The notes under the pieces were generated by a model that was not told where the DNA came from, searched no databases, and was given only the letters and a program-made list of their open reading frames with translations. The position numbers were made by a program, and so were the translations under genes. Shown one piece after another: positions 34,401 to 49,400 of a stretch of DNA of 64,000 bases; position 1 is the first letter of the stretch; every line of letters begins with the position of its first letter. This stretch comes from Heptranchias perlo (Eukaryota): the NCBI RefSeq assembly GCF_035084215.1, contig NC_090357.1, forward strand, positions 5,022,001-5,086,000. Reading direction: 5' to 3'.

Positions 34401-37400
34401 GTCGAGGGGTTTGGGGGGTTTATATATAGAATTTCGGATACCCGGGAGTGAGTTACAGGCTGGAATCTAGTTGAGGGCTTTGGGGGGTTTATATGTAGAA
34501 TAACGGATACCCGGGAGTGAGTTACAGGCTGGAATCTAGTCGAGGGGTTCGGGTGGTTTATATGTAGAATAACGGATTCCGGGGAGTGAGTTACAGGCTG
34601 GATAAATGGCAGGTTAAAGGTTTAGAAGGAGAAATTTTAAAAATACTCTTGTGGTACAGTCAGGGTTTTAGGTGAAGATTTGTATTGTGCTCGTAATTGT
34701 TACTTCCGCAAGTTGCTCCTTTATTTCTGTTGGTTATTAGAAAGTTCTCTGTAATTGGCTGACAGTTGCAATTTTTGTGAATTTTTAGCCTGTCACAGTC
34801 ACGAGAAAGCGAGCAGGTATAGGTTTGTTATCATTAATTTGTCCCTATGTTTAGGGAAATAACACTAGTACTAGTTCTGACCTTGAGCTGAGACAACAAC
34901 CACAGAAAGTGGTGCTAAGATTGCTAAACACTTCATTCGATTGCCGGACAACAATAAGCAAAAGCTCTACTCACAACTGGAAACACGGTTCAGAACATGG
35001 ATTGACCAGACTGTTGTTCTGAGGAGGGCCAGCTGTGTCTACTGAAGTGATTCTTCCTTGTCTTCTTCATGTTGCATCTCCTCCCGATAGCACAGTTTGT
35101 TCTCTTTTTTTTATTTTAGTTTTAAGGTTTTGTCTTCTGGCTTCCGACTCCCATAAAAGGGGCCTCTCTGCCATTGTTAGTTTTTGTTATAGTGTCCAAA
35201 GTCACAACCTTTAACTTTTCCCATTTTCTGTTTTTTTTTCCCCCCATTAGCCAAAGAATCAAAAAATTCATGACATTTAAATGACCCAAAATAATCCTGT
35301 ACCCTACACAGGAAGGCTTGCTTGTGTGCGGGTGCTGTGTGTGGGATGGATGATGAAATTTGCACTGTTGAGCTATTTTGGAATTAACTGTTAGCTTTCA
35401 CGTTCAGGTACAAGTACTATGAGCGATGGGCAACTGCCAATGACTTTCCGGTGGAAAACATTATTAACGATGGCTCGACAACCAGCAGAACACAATTGGG
35501 CGCAGTGGCAGACTTGGAACTGGTGGTCAGAAGCAAGAGGTTTGATGACGATGTGATGGTGGTACGTCTTGTTCCTGTTGCTGACTGTTTGTTGATGTGC
35601 ACGAGCATTTCAAGCACAGTCTCACCTCAGTCTCGCTTCATGTTGTACGTCCAGGTTGCTGGAGATATGCTGTGTGAAGATCTGAACTTCGATATAGCTG
35701 AAGTCCTCAAGTTCTTTAAGTTTAAGGTCAGTCTGAACCACTAGTTTCTTGTTTATCGTCCTGTTTTAATTGGCCTAATATGGGTTTAAATGAAACGCTA
35801 CTGGCTTAACGCTAGGGATAAGGGCTGGAAATTTGGACTGTGCAATCTTACCTTGTGAGGAGTGAATTAAATCACCCGCTGGCTCAGTGCGGTGCCTGGA
35901 GTGGTCGCAAGGTAGAATGACATAGAATTTACAGCATAGAAACAGGCCATCGCAGCTGACTTCAGTCCGACAAGCCAGGACTTCAGTATTTGGGGTCTGA
36001 TCTTCTCGATGGTGTGAAGGAAGTGAAAGCATTCAAAATCACCTGTGAGCCCTCCAAATATCACAGCTGTCCACAAGAGACTGCGGGACCACTGCATTGT
36101 ATACTTGGTCTTCATATTTGGTCCATGTTCATCCCATGCACTGACCATGCCTTCCTCAATCAATCGAACACTTCTTTATCCAGAGATATTTGTGAAAAAT
36201 CAATATATATTGTACTTCAAAAAAAAACTTTTTTGGCCTGCACATCCAGGAATAATGGCGTGTCAAAGCACTTATTGCACAGAGGTGTGATTGCAGGTTT
36301 GACTGACAAGGAATGTTCCCGATCTTATTCAAGTGGAGTTGAGTCTTTTACGGGGTGGGGAGGAAGAGGGGCTAACTAGTTGTGGATCTTCCAATGATGG
36401 GTTAGAGAAAGTCTGTCTTCATGGAGAGTGAGCAAAAAAATAATTAAAGGGAAGGATTCGACACAATGCAGGCCCCACGTAAGGCCAGAATCCCCCTTTA
36501 CCCCTAAACAAGGGAAGAGTGTGTCAATGTGGAAAGGGGGAACAAGTTAACAACAGATCCTCTCCGTTAACTTGGTGCCCCTAAGACCCACGCCCCACTT
36601 AGGCAAGACTCTTAATAGTCCCATCGTCCAGCTGAACTCCAGAGACCATCACTTACCTGATCCATCCCCAAACAGTGTGCCCGCCCCACAGTTACTTTAC
36701 AAAATATGTGTATTATTCTGAACTAAGAACATAGCTGTGAGTAAGAAGAAGTAAAAACTTGCATTTATATAGCACCTTTCACAACCTCAGGATATCCCAA
36801 AACACTTTGTAGCCAATGAAGTACCTTTTGAAGTGTAGTCACTGTTGTAGGAAACGTGGCAGCCAATTTGCACACAGCAAGATCCCACAAACAGCAATGT
36901 GATAGTGACCAGATAATCCTTTTGAGTGATGTTGGTTGAGGGATAAATGTTGGCCAGGACACCGGGGAGAACTCCCCTGCTCTTCTTCGAAATAATGCCA
37001 TGGGATCTTGTCCGTCCACCTGAGAGGGCAGATGGGGCCTCAGTTTAACGTCTCATCCAAAAGACGACACCTCCGACAGTGCAGCGCTCCCTCAGCACTG
37101 CACTGGAGCGTCGGGGTAGATTACATGCTCAAGCCTCTGGAGTGGGACTCGAACTTACAACCTACTGATTCAGGTGATAGTGCTACCAACTGAGTCACGG
37201 CTGACTCATGAGTAATGCAAGTAACTGTCCCAATGTGCTTATAAAAGGCTAACATTACCACTGTGTTTCTGTGTTGGTTGGCAGAAGGGTGAACTGGCCA
37301 TTTACTACGAGATGGAGGAAGGAGAGAAGACTGAATCTCGGGGAATAGTTGAGGTGTGCCCCTGTACAAACAGGTAGGTTCTCAATTTGAAAAGGGTCAG

Positions 37401-40400
37401 TAATTGTGCTGTACAGACGTCGGTCATATGCCATGCCACTTGTGGCATGCAGAGAAAGAACATAGAAATCAGAATAGATTTCTTCGACGTGGGGCTAGTA
37501 CCAGTATGGGAACAATGGGTGAATGGCTTCCTTAAAGGCTGAGATTTCTCAGGAATGTTCTCATCATTAGGAAAACAAACATTAGAAATCGTCATGATTC
37601 CACTCTATCCCCTATCTGAGACCTTCTGGTTTTGGACTTTGCAGAAACTTACAATCTAAACTCTTCACAGTATCCCGTAACTACAGAACATCTGAATCTT
37701 TGATACAATTTTTTTTTTAGTTGGTTGAAGTCTCCAGTGAGTCCTCGCAGGTTTATTAACATGTACTGATCTATCCGTGCGTGCTGTGTTAGTAGAAGCA
37801 GAATACACTTAAGGTTGTCTTCTTTCAGAATCACTAAGTTTTACGAGAAGCCCTCTGCTGATGTCACAGAATCCAGGCTTGCGAGTGTCGTCTTTTACTG
37901 TTTCCAAAGGGAGACTCTGCCGACTTTGGGGGAGTATTTGAAACATTACCCATTGGTGGAGGATCGAAGGCTCGGGAAGTACATGGTGAGAAGGGCTTTC
38001 CTCTGTTTAACCGAGTGAAACCGTTGCTGGCTGCAGTCAGTTCTATGCATTAGGACCAAACACATGATAAGTGAATAGTTCCGATTTAAAATCAAAATTG
38101 CGAATTCTGGAAGTCTGAAATTAAAAACAGAAAATACTGTTGTAACTCGGCAGGTCAGACAGTATCTGAAAGAGACGCAGACGTTAACTGTTCGGGTGTG
38201 ACGCTTCCCTGGAACTGGCTGATGTCACGGTGGATGAAGTGCTGAGCCGCACAGATCAGAAGGTTCATGGTTTGCTTCCTAGTCGGAGTTGGCCGATCTC
38301 CCCTAGGGCAACAGTTGACACCCTACGATCGGCCTTGACATCCCTGGATAAAGAGAAACTATTTCCGCTGGTGGGCGAATCCAGATCAAGGAGGCGCAAT
38401 CTTAAAATTAGAGCTGGGCCGTTCGGGGGTAATGTCAGGAAGTTGTCCTTCGTGCAGAGTGTAATGGAGATCTAGAACTCTCTCCCCCAAAAGGGTGTGG
38501 ATGCTGGGGGTCAATTGAAAACATTTTAAAACTGGGATTGATAGGGTTTTGTTAGGTAAGGGTATCAAGGGATATGGAGCAGAGGCGGATAAATGGAGTT
38601 GAGGTGCAGTTCATTCATGATCTAATTGAATGGTGGAGCAGGCTCCTGAGGCTGAATGGCCAAATTGAGCATAGCGAGGTCCCACAAACACCAATGAGAT
38701 AAATGACCAGATAATCTGTTTTAATGATGTAGGTTGAGGGATAAATATTGGCCAGGATACCAGGAAAACTTCTCTGCTCTTCTTCAAATAGTGCCATGGG
38801 ATCTTTTACATCCACCTGAGAGGGCAGACGGGGCCTCGGTTTCACGTCTTATCCGAACGACGGCACCTCCGACGGTGCAGCACTCCCTCAGTACTGCACT
38901 GGGAGTGTCAGCCCGGAATACGTGCTCAAGTCTCTGGAGTGGGACTTGAACCCACGACCTCTGACTCAGAGGCGAGAGTGCGACCACTGAGCCATGGCTG
39001 ACCTGGTACTTGCCTGTTAGGACTGTCTGCTCTGTGCTGGAACTGCCTAGTGCTGACCTTGCAGTTCTAGGACCATAGGAGGAAGCTACCTGAAATTACA
39101 TGAAGAGACAGAAACCCATAATTGGGCCTTTAATTGCACTATTTTAGTGTTTCCTGAAGTAATTACCAAACCACTAAAAGACCCTGTTCCCATATTATGT
39201 GAAACTAGTGTCTCCTTTGATACACTGATGTTTGAAACCTCATTACTTCCTCTGGTCTCTCACTTTAGGAGTGGCTCATCAACGAGGCCAGAATCCCAGT
39301 GTTTGGAATGAAGCTGCCTACTGGATTCCAGCTCATTGGGCAAGTGGTAAGATTAGGCAATAAAATCTGCCTAGGCGTTAATTAAACCATGGATTGTTGG
39401 CACTGTATTATGCCATGGCACAATGTAGTGAGACACTGATTCAGTCCCAGTTTTCCCCACACTGTTTCCCACCTTAGCCGTGGCATCAAAGGTAGAGGTG
39501 GAAGGTTGGGGGAAGAGCGGACACAGAATGGAGCTTAGGAAGAGATATTGTCTGGATGTGGCGAATGATATGGAAGGAGAGGAGAGTTTGGGACTGTTCT
39601 CATCCACCCTGACTAACCCTGTGTATTTATCAAATCATCAGGTAATCCTTGTGTGCAAAACCCTCCATGGTCTCGCCCCTCCCTGTCTCTGTAACTTCCT
39701 CCAGCCCTACAACTTTCCGAGATCTCTGCATTCCTCCAATTCTGGCCTCTTGCGCATCCCTGATTTCCTTCGCCCCCTCCATTGGCGGCTGTGCCTTCAG
39801 TTGTCTAGGCCCTAAGCTCTGGAATTCCCTCCCTAAACCTCTCCGCCTCTCTACCTCTCTCTTCTCCTTTAAGAGGCTCATTAAAACCTACCTCTTTGAC
39901 CAAGCTTTTGGTCACCTGTCCTAATATCTCCTTATGTGGCTCAGTGTCAGACTTTGTCTGATAATCGCTGTTGTGAAGCGCCTTGGGACGTTTTACTACG
40001 TTATATAAATGCAAGTTGTTGTGTTAAGTTGTTGAAATTCTTGATATCTCTTAACTTCCACAGCATTACCTTAACATAACTTATTTTCTTTATCAGATTT
40101 TTGTCATAGGCTGTTGAACTCTCCCTGCTGATCTTGAATCTTCATTTGAAACATAATAAACGTGAGCAGGAATAGAACTGTTTCCCAAGGCACTTTTATT
40201 ATATTGAAAGTGCCCTTGATTACAGGAGCACGGTAGTCCTGGTACTGACAGGACTTGGTAACGTAACGCAGAAGTGTTCAAACTTTGGCCCTGGGTCATA
40301 TGCACTCATATTTCGTACTCACTGGTCTTACTCGGAATAAAAAGATGACATGCTCAAGTCCTAGAAGGAGAGGGGAGGCGGGTTGAACCCACAATTGTGA

Positions 40401-43400
40401 ATACGAGGTGTACCAAGGGGAATCTCCACTCACGTATACTGACTGTGGAGCAAACCTCACCCACTGATAGAGCTTTGCCATTTACCGCCTTTAGTATTTC
40501 TGTCCCGCTAATGCTTTATTTGTTGATAGGATCTCTCCGAATACAAGAAGTGGCTCGCACGCTACTCTTCAAAACAACCTGGTTCCGCTGCCAGATCAAT
40601 CACCCGCCGATCCTACGCAAGGTAATGTTGGTTTCAGCATTGCTTATACCTCACTGTGAGGGACTTGAGGACTCATTCAGATGCTGTGAGGCCTGAAAGG
40701 TTGCTTTTTTTTTGTTATGATTCAATTCTATTGCACACTGTATGGGGTTTGCTGCTATTGTTTTATTGTCTGCCTGCGTGATCTGACGGTGTTCATCAGG
40801 ATAGCGAGGTCCAAACGTTTACATTCTATTCAAACTGCGGCAAGGATGAACCTTATCTGATTTTTAAAAAAAGTTATTCATTCTTGGGATGTGGGCGTTG
40901 CTGGCGAGGCCGGCATTTATTACCCATCCCCCTAGTTGCCCTGAGAAGGTGGTGGTGGGCCTGTTCCTTGAACCGCTGATAGTTTGATACAAGGGAGTGA
41001 CTTGCTAGGCCACTTTAGAGGGCAGTTAAGAATAACCCACGTTGGTGTGGGACTGGAGTCTCAGATAGGCCCAGACCAGGTAAGGATGGCAGGTTTCCTT
41101 CCCTAAAGGAAATTAGAGAACCAGTTGGCTTTTTACAAAAATACACCTGTTTCAGGTCACTTTTACTAATATCAGCTTTTTATTTCCAGATTTTCATTTT
41201 TGAACTGAATTCAAATTCTCAAACTGCAAATGGTGGGATTTGAATTTATAGTCTCTGGATTTTTCATCCAGGCCTCGGGATTACCAGTCTAGTAACATAA
41301 CCACTAGGCCATCACCTCATGGTTCTTGGCCATGCTTTCTTGTCTTGAGCAAGTTGTTCAATCTTATGAATGTCTATTTTGCTCTATGTTTCAGAGTCAC
41401 TTTTAAGCAGTCTTAGAATTACATAGAATGTACAGCACAGAAACAGGCCATTCGGCCCAACAGGTCCATGCTGGTGTTTATGCTCCACACGAGCCTCCTC
41501 CCTCCCTACTTCATCTAATCCTATCAGCAGTCTTTATATCTCGTTTTTCTGACGACCACCAAATTGCTTCCCGGTTGTCAATGCGCCAGAAAAGATTTTC
41601 TTCAGGGTTCATTCATCAGACGTTCGCATCACATGACCTCAGCCTCGTGGCCTTGCCTTCATGATCAGAGCATCTACGCTTGGCATGTCATCATTTTTAA
41701 GAACTTTGGTGTCCGGGATCTTTTGCATAGAATTTTACAGCACAGAACCAGGCCATTCGGCCCAACTAGTCTATGCCGATGTTTATGGTCCACATGAGCC
41801 TCCTCCCCTCCCCCCCCCCCCCCCCCACTTCATCTCACGCTAACAACATGTCTTATCTTGCCATCTGATCTTCATTAGTCATCTCAGGCAGCTCAGGTGA
41901 AAGTGATTCATTTTCTTAATGTAACATGAATATGTTGTCCAAGTTTCACAGGCGTAAAGCAGAGTTGTCGGAACAGCAGCCCTGTATATTTTGAACTTGA
42001 TCTGCAGACAGATGTCTCTCTTGTCCCAGAGGCGCTGATGGAGTTTGCCAAAAGCTAAACTGGCTTTAGCGATTCTGCAGGATGCTTCTATATCGATCTG
42101 GACTTCTCTAGATAGGATGCTGCCAGGTAGGTGAATTTGTCCACAACCTGCAGCATGTAATCACCGATAGTGATGATTGGCGTAGCGTGATTCTTGCCTG
42201 GAGTGCACCATTGCCTTCTTAAGGCTGTTGTCAAGCCAAATTGGAGGTAAGCTGTTGCAAGGTGGTTCATGATTGTTTACATATCCTGGGAGTGGGCCAA
42301 AGGAACACTGTCGTCAGCAAGTAGGAATTCACCAACCATCTCTTCCAGGACCTTTGTTTTAACTTGTTCTCTAAGATTGAAGAGCTGTTCATGAGTCCTG
42401 AATCTGATCTTGACTCTGATTTCAAGATTATTGAAAGCCAGAGAATTGTGACTCTCTAGAATATATTGCCAGCTCGTGTTGGGGGGTTGCTGACTCTCTG
42501 CCTTCAAGAGGGAGCTGGACCAGTTCCTGACTGGGGCAGAGATCACATCATATAGAAGGTAAGTGTCTTGATGGATAACATTTGGCCCATGTGACCTCCT
42601 GGACTGGTTTCAATTGCCTGAGGGGGTCGGAGAGGAATTTTACAGAGTATTTTTTTCATTTATTGGGCCTGGGTTTTTTCTCTGTTTTTTTTTGCATCTC
42701 CCAGCTGCGGCGGGGGTGGAAGGAAGTGTCTAGTCGTGATGCTACAGCCATCGTGTTGTGGGACTGGGTTGATGGACCAGCTGGTCTTTTCCTACCCGTC
42801 AGATTTGAATGCTCGTATGCTCGAGAAGCATAATAGCAAACAAAACGCAGGAGAGCGATGGTGTAAGGTGGCATCCTTGCTTGATGCCGAGGGCGCTTCA
42901 TTGTGGCTCAGGTGGACGTTAAAGATCCCACAGCACTATTCAAAGAAGGGCAAGGAGTTCTCCCAGTATTCTGGACAACTTTCCTTCCTCAACCAGCACC
43001 ACCAAAAACAGATTCGTTATTGAGGGTTCTTGTTGTTCTCTTTAAGTGTCCCATTCTTCATGGACTGGTTTCTTTTAAATTGACAATGAATGACTGATTC
43101 TGGAAACTGGAGAGGAGGGGGAAAACTGTTGCAGGACTGCAGCCTGTGGATCTGAGCGAATGATCTCTACGTCTTTGTGTGTCTCTCTCCACTCCAGTAT
43201 CTGCTGGTGTAGTGACAACTGCCGCATGGCTGACACGTGCTGACTTTCACATTGCACGGGCAATTATTTGCAGTGGATCACTAAGAAACGCTGCAGCTAT
43301 TGTTAGAAAAACCTTAATAAATATATGTTGCAAAATCTCAGTGGAAGATTTTTTCATCATCATCAGTGGGGCAAGGGATTTGGCACATTCCTTTCCACAA

Positions 43401-46400
43401 CGACTGCTGTGAATTTGTACACTTTCCATGTGTAATAGAATTTGATGCCTGAGTATTGAAATTTTTGCATAAAAAATTCTGGAGGCCATGAAAATCCTGG
43501 TTTCTGAGCAATAACAAATCACTTTCCTTAATCCTCAGGTTAGTTATGGGAACTGTTAGCCTCGCCTCTGAGTCGGAAGGTTGTGGGCTCAAGCCCCACT
43601 CCAGGTACTTGAGCACATAATCTGGGCCGACACTCCAATGCAGTACTGAGGGAGTGCTGCACTGTCGGAGGTGCCATTTTTTGGATGAGACATTAAACCA
43701 AGGCCCAGTCTGCCCTCTCAGGTGGATGTAAAAGATCCTATGGCACTATTTAAAAGAAGAGCAAGGGAGTTGTCCCTGGTGTCCTGGCCAACATTTATCC
43801 CTCAACTATCATCACTAAAACAGATTATCTGGTCATTATCACATTGCTGTTTGTGGGACCTTGCTGTATGAAAATTGTCTGCCAGATTTCCTATATTGCA
43901 ACAGTGACAACACTTCAAAACTACTTCATTGGCTGTGAAGCACTTTGGGAACGTCCTGAGGTCATGAAAGGAGCTATATATAAATGCAAGTTCTTTTTTT
44001 TTCTTTTCAACAATATCACTTAATTTTGTGTGGCATCTTATCATAAAAGATCTCAAAGCACTTCAGACAATGAATTACTTTTTTGAAGTTCAGAGACCTG
44101 TTATGTAGGCAAATGTAGCCCCAATGTCACTTGGCACCAGACCAGCCTTTTGTTTTGTACCTAAGTGGTCTGTTACAGACAAATTACAGCATAGAAATAG
44201 GCCATTCGGCACGACAGGTCTAAGCCGGTGTTTATGCTCCACACAAACCTCCTCACTCCCTAATTCATCTCACCCAGTCAACATATCCTTCTATTCCTTT
44301 CTCCTTCATGTATTTATCTGGCTTCCCCTTAAATGCATATACGCTATTCGCCTCAACCACCCCGTGTGGTAGCAAGTTGCACATTATAACCACTCTAACC
44401 ACTATCTGGGTTAAGTTGGAATCATCTAATGTCAGTCCACAGTTGCCGTTGGGGAATGGGTTTTCCTCCTTGTGCTTCATATTCCAGATCCGTTTGAAAT
44501 GTTGTTGGACTTGTGATGAATCATTGCTCTGACATTGACCTGTTTTCAGGGTCGGAATTATGGGAAATCCATCGGATGGCTTCCACGGAAAAACCATTGC
44601 CATGACGATATCTAACTTCTGGGCTGATGTGACAATATGCGAAAGCAAGAAAGTCGTAAGTGAAATCTATGCGTGATTGAGGAAGGTAACTAGTGCAGAA
44701 TAGGCACACTGAAAAAGTAGAGGCTGTTTCTTTTTTCTATTTGCAGTAAAATGACTCCTGTTAATTGTACTCCCAAACTCAGAAGAGCGCGACAGCAGCG
44801 AAACAATTTTGCCACACCAGCCAGCGTTGTGGCTTTGGAGGCATTTTAAAGTGTTAAGTGGTTAGATTTAATAACATTACAGTACGTGTGCTCTTGTGTT
44901 GGTTTCAAAGACACATATGCATTAAAAATGTTGTAATCTTTTAAGTATGATGCGTTTAAAGGGCCATGAAATTGAGACTGTACAGCGAAACGGTGCAAAT
45001 TGCTCCCATTTCACAGTTTGAATTTGGAAAAGGAAATTAAGAGTGTGCATTTAGAAAACTTAAAGTAGCAACAGTATCCTGTAATGTAATTTCTTGAAGT
45101 GACAGATTTATATTGTAAATTTTGTGGGGACGAAAAACTAGCTTACTGGTTTAAGTTGGGCTGTTACAACTAATTGACCATCCAACACAGAAAGGGGCCA
45201 TTCAGCCCATCGCACTTGCACTGGCTCTCAAGAGCTGATCACGTCTTTCCATTCCCCTGCTATCTCCCCAAACAGTCTTAAATTTTTTTTTCAAATATTT
45301 ATCCATTTCCATTTTAGCAGCTATTACGATTCTGCTTCCACTGATGTTCCTGGTCAGACATTCCATGTTCTAACAAGCTTTTAAAAAAACCCAACAAACT
45401 AGTCACAAAGCATCTTTTTTCAATCTTTTGGTATGATGCGTTAGTGACTGACTCACTTACCGTACCAAAACCCCTTGCAATTTTGAACACCTCTATCAGA
45501 CCATCTCTTAATCTTCTCTGTTCTAACAAGAAGATCCACTGTTTTTATAGTCTCTCCTCATAACTGAAACCTTTCATCCCCGGTATCATCTTAGTAAGTT
45601 TTTTCTGTACCTTCTCCATGGCCTTTCCTAAAGTAGGGCGCCCAATATTCTAACTGAGGCCTAACCAATGATTTGTAGAGGTGTAGTATTATATCTTTGC
45701 TTTTGTACTCTTTGTACCCAATGTATAAAACTTAAGTCGCAGAGGACAACCCTGGGGTGCGGAGGGGAAAATCCACTAGCATCCCATTCATGATTGCTGT
45801 CCAGTGGACTTCAGGAAAGAGCGTGCATGTGTGTATATATACATACATATGTCAGGTAGGGATAGGCTGAGGCACGGTTGTAACTGCTCCCACAGTCAGA
45901 TAGCCCACCTGAGACTCACTATCTGAGCTCGCACGTGAAGAATGGCCACTTGGGTGAGAATTCAGGGGGCTGCTTGTTCCCGTGGAATGGTATCCCAGCA
46001 TGAGTCTGCACCTTCAGGAGAGGAGGGGGAGAAAATTAGAGAAAAAGAAAGTCGTGTGCTCTTCTGAGGGCTAAGCCTACTGAGGATTTCCCACATAGAG
46101 TGTCTTTAAGTTCCTACTCTAACGTTGCTTTCTGTATTTGAATTCCCCAGGTGCTGATACCCCATCCTCTCAATGACCCCACAGAGTTTGGTAGCTTGCA
46201 AGATTTACATGGGATCAGTCGGAAGGAAGGGTTTGTAACTCTTTAACTTTTGTAAGCACAGTTTTGGTGCAGGCAACTGTTTCACCGTTGGACGTCAGCA
46301 GTTCGGAGGAGGTGCAAAGTAACATTTTAATTTCAGCATAAGGATATGTAACTTTGGCAAAAGAACCAGGGGGGAGATGAGGAGTTTTTTTTTTAACGCA

Positions 46401-49400
46401 GTGAGTTGTTATGATCTGGAATGCACTGCCTGAAAGAGCAGTGGAAGCAGATTCAATAATAACTTTCAACAGGGAATTGGATAAATACTTGAAAAGGAAA
46501 ATTTGCAGGGTTATGGGGAAAGAGCAAGGGAGAGGAACTAATTGGATAATTCATTCAAAGAGCTGACGCAGGCATGATGGGCAGATTGGCCTCCTTCTGT
46601 ACTGTATCATTCTATGATTCTTACGTCATTGGTTGCTGGTTTATTAGCGCACACGTTTAGTGTTTATTAAAAAATATTCCATTCTTCATTGATGATTTTT
46701 ACAAGATGAGCACATTATCCTTCCCTGCCTGCAAACAATGAAAATACACAGTACTCCAATTAAGAAGTGAGTCTGTTTAAAAGAGTTACTTTATTTTCTT
46801 CCCCCTTTCAGCCCTTCTCCTGTGGGTGGCGAGTCGCACTGGGGTTCTGTTCCATGGGCAGTGGCAGTGGCAGTCCCCAAAGAATAACCTGTACACTTTT
46901 AATCTCCATTGGGACGTTGAGCGTGCGCAGGATATTTGATTGATTGTGGAGGAAGGCGACATTGAGGATTTGTCCAATCCTTCCCTCCACTGAGAGATCC
47001 ACACACTAACAGGGAGGGCCAGTGAGTGGGATTACTGGCTGATTTTTAAAATTTGTTTTTTTTTAATCCCAATTAATTCGGCCAGGGATTAACTGAACCC
47101 AACTGTGGCACAAGACTGAGATGGGCTAACTTGGCACAGGCCCGGGATCAAAAGCAGTTACTTTTTAAAGGGGCGGTGTCTTGCATTGGGAGGTGTTGAA
47201 GAGAGTATGCGGTTACCCTGACAGGAAAGCAACCTGGTGCAGGTGTGTCCATGAAGTCCGGCCAGCTCAGAAACCGATACTAAAATCAAACAAAAATAAT
47301 TTTACAGCAAAGCAGTTTTTAGGAAGTTGTGCAGGTGTAGTTTGCGTACAACAGCTTTACTTTTAGGTTATAAGGAGCAAAGCAGCAGATGGAGTGTTCA
47401 GATCATGGACCTTAGCTATCTCTTTCTTGCCCACACACCACCGAAAATATGATGGTATGCTGCTTATTAATGTGAAAACGTCTGTAAATGGGGATTTGTT
47501 GAGGTACAGTTCCACGGGTGTCAAACAGACGTCTGGAAATTTGGCTAGTTGGGTATGTCTAGACCGTGAGCTTGGGCTGGCTATTCAACAGAGGATGGGG
47601 ATTATCACAGCCAAGGCTGATTCTAGCGAATGGCAAAATTAAACTCATCAAACCAGACATAGCAAGTAATATTAGGCATTAGGAGGACACTGGCATGGCT
47701 GCTTTTATTGCCCATACTTACTTGCCCAGAGGAGTAGTGATTGCTTCCACAACTGAGTGACTTGTTAGGCCCACTTCAGAGGTCATTGAAGAGTCAGCCA
47801 CACAATGTGGGACTTGAGTCTTGTGTAGGCTTGACCAGGTAGGCCTGGCATACTCCTTTCCCTCAACGGGATTAGTGAACCTTTGGGATTTTTACAATAA
47901 TGCAGCACCTTTCGTGGTCATTTTTCTTTTTCTGATGCTAGGCCCAGATTTATTACCATGGTGGGAATTGAATTCACTACCATCTGGCTTGTTAAACTAG
48001 TACCATAACCACTACACCACAAATCAATGTCAGATATAGTGCGATGCCGATCCAGTCAGGATTTGACTCTGAAATTTCTTCAGAGAATGAGGAAAGAATC
48101 GAGGCCTGAATTAATTTTAATTGTTCAGAACGGCGTTGGTCTGTCCTCTTGGCACAGAATGGGGTAAAGCACTTGGCAGGGAACAAAAAAAACCTGTGGG
48201 GAAGGAAGTAACAAACCAGCTAAACTGAGGTCTTCTTTTGCAGTTATCTGGGTGGCCTGAGGTTACTTCAAGCAACCTGCAAGAAGTTCTACCAATACTG
48301 TTCTGAACAAGGGTAAGAAATTGTGAGACGTTAAACCGAGGCCCCGTCTGCCCTCTCAGGTAGATGTAAAAGATCCCACGGCCACTATTTCAAAGAAGAG
48401 CAGGGGATTCCTCCCCGGTGTCCTGGCCAATATTTATCCCTCAACCAATACCTAAAACCTAGTGCTTTGGGATGTCCTAAGGTTGTGGAAGATGCTATAG
48501 AAATGCAAGATCTTTCCTTCTATTTTTTGGACAGACTTGCAGGTCAAACTGATACATCACGACAGAGAGCTGGCCAATCAGAAGTGCGTGACATATGTCA
48601 TGCTTGATCTCTCCATCGAGCCTGTTGATGGACTTTTTAAAATTTTGCTCTTCAAAAGTTGCAGTAATAGTCTAGATAGCAGCGTGAATCGTTCTTTAGC
48701 GATTTGAGGGACAACATTGCCCAATTTTCTTCCCTCCTCCCCTGAAGGTGCTGATTTTTTCTGGAGTACAGTTCCAACCCTCCGGTCCCTCACCCAAATG
48801 GTCATTCTTCACTTGTGAAACCAGATGGGGACTGTTGGCAAGCTATTCAACTGAGAGGGGAAGCATCACAGCCGAGCCTGAACCTGCCCTAACCTGATGT
48901 CCATGCATATGCAGGAATCCTGGCTGAATCTCTGCTCCCCCTCTGCCTCCACAGCCCAGGGATACTGAGATCAATTGTACCAACTCACCTGTTGCCATGC
49001 CTGAGATCAGCTGATGAACCAGGATTGAACCTGGTGCCGGCCTAGTCTGAGCGGCTCAATACACCAGCATGTAGTCTATCAACCTAATGAGCTGTGTGCA
49101 CCTTATTCTTAATTGATGGAATATCAGAAAAGGTTTTTTGCTGTTGCTGGAGTTTGAATCGAATGTGTGACGTCTTTGTCCACTGGTGTCCTGACGATGT
49201 GTTGTATTGTCGATGACATCCAAGGCCACCAGGAGATGACCATGAGCAAAGGCAGAAAAGTTAGAGTCCATCTGGACCGTGTCAGCACCTGGCAGAAGTT
49301 CCAGGAGTTGCCTACCATCTCAGTCAGGAAACTGAATGGGGGAACAGGAGACAAGAAAAGGAAGAAGAAAATCTAAGTCCAGTTGTAGCCGATATTTAAA

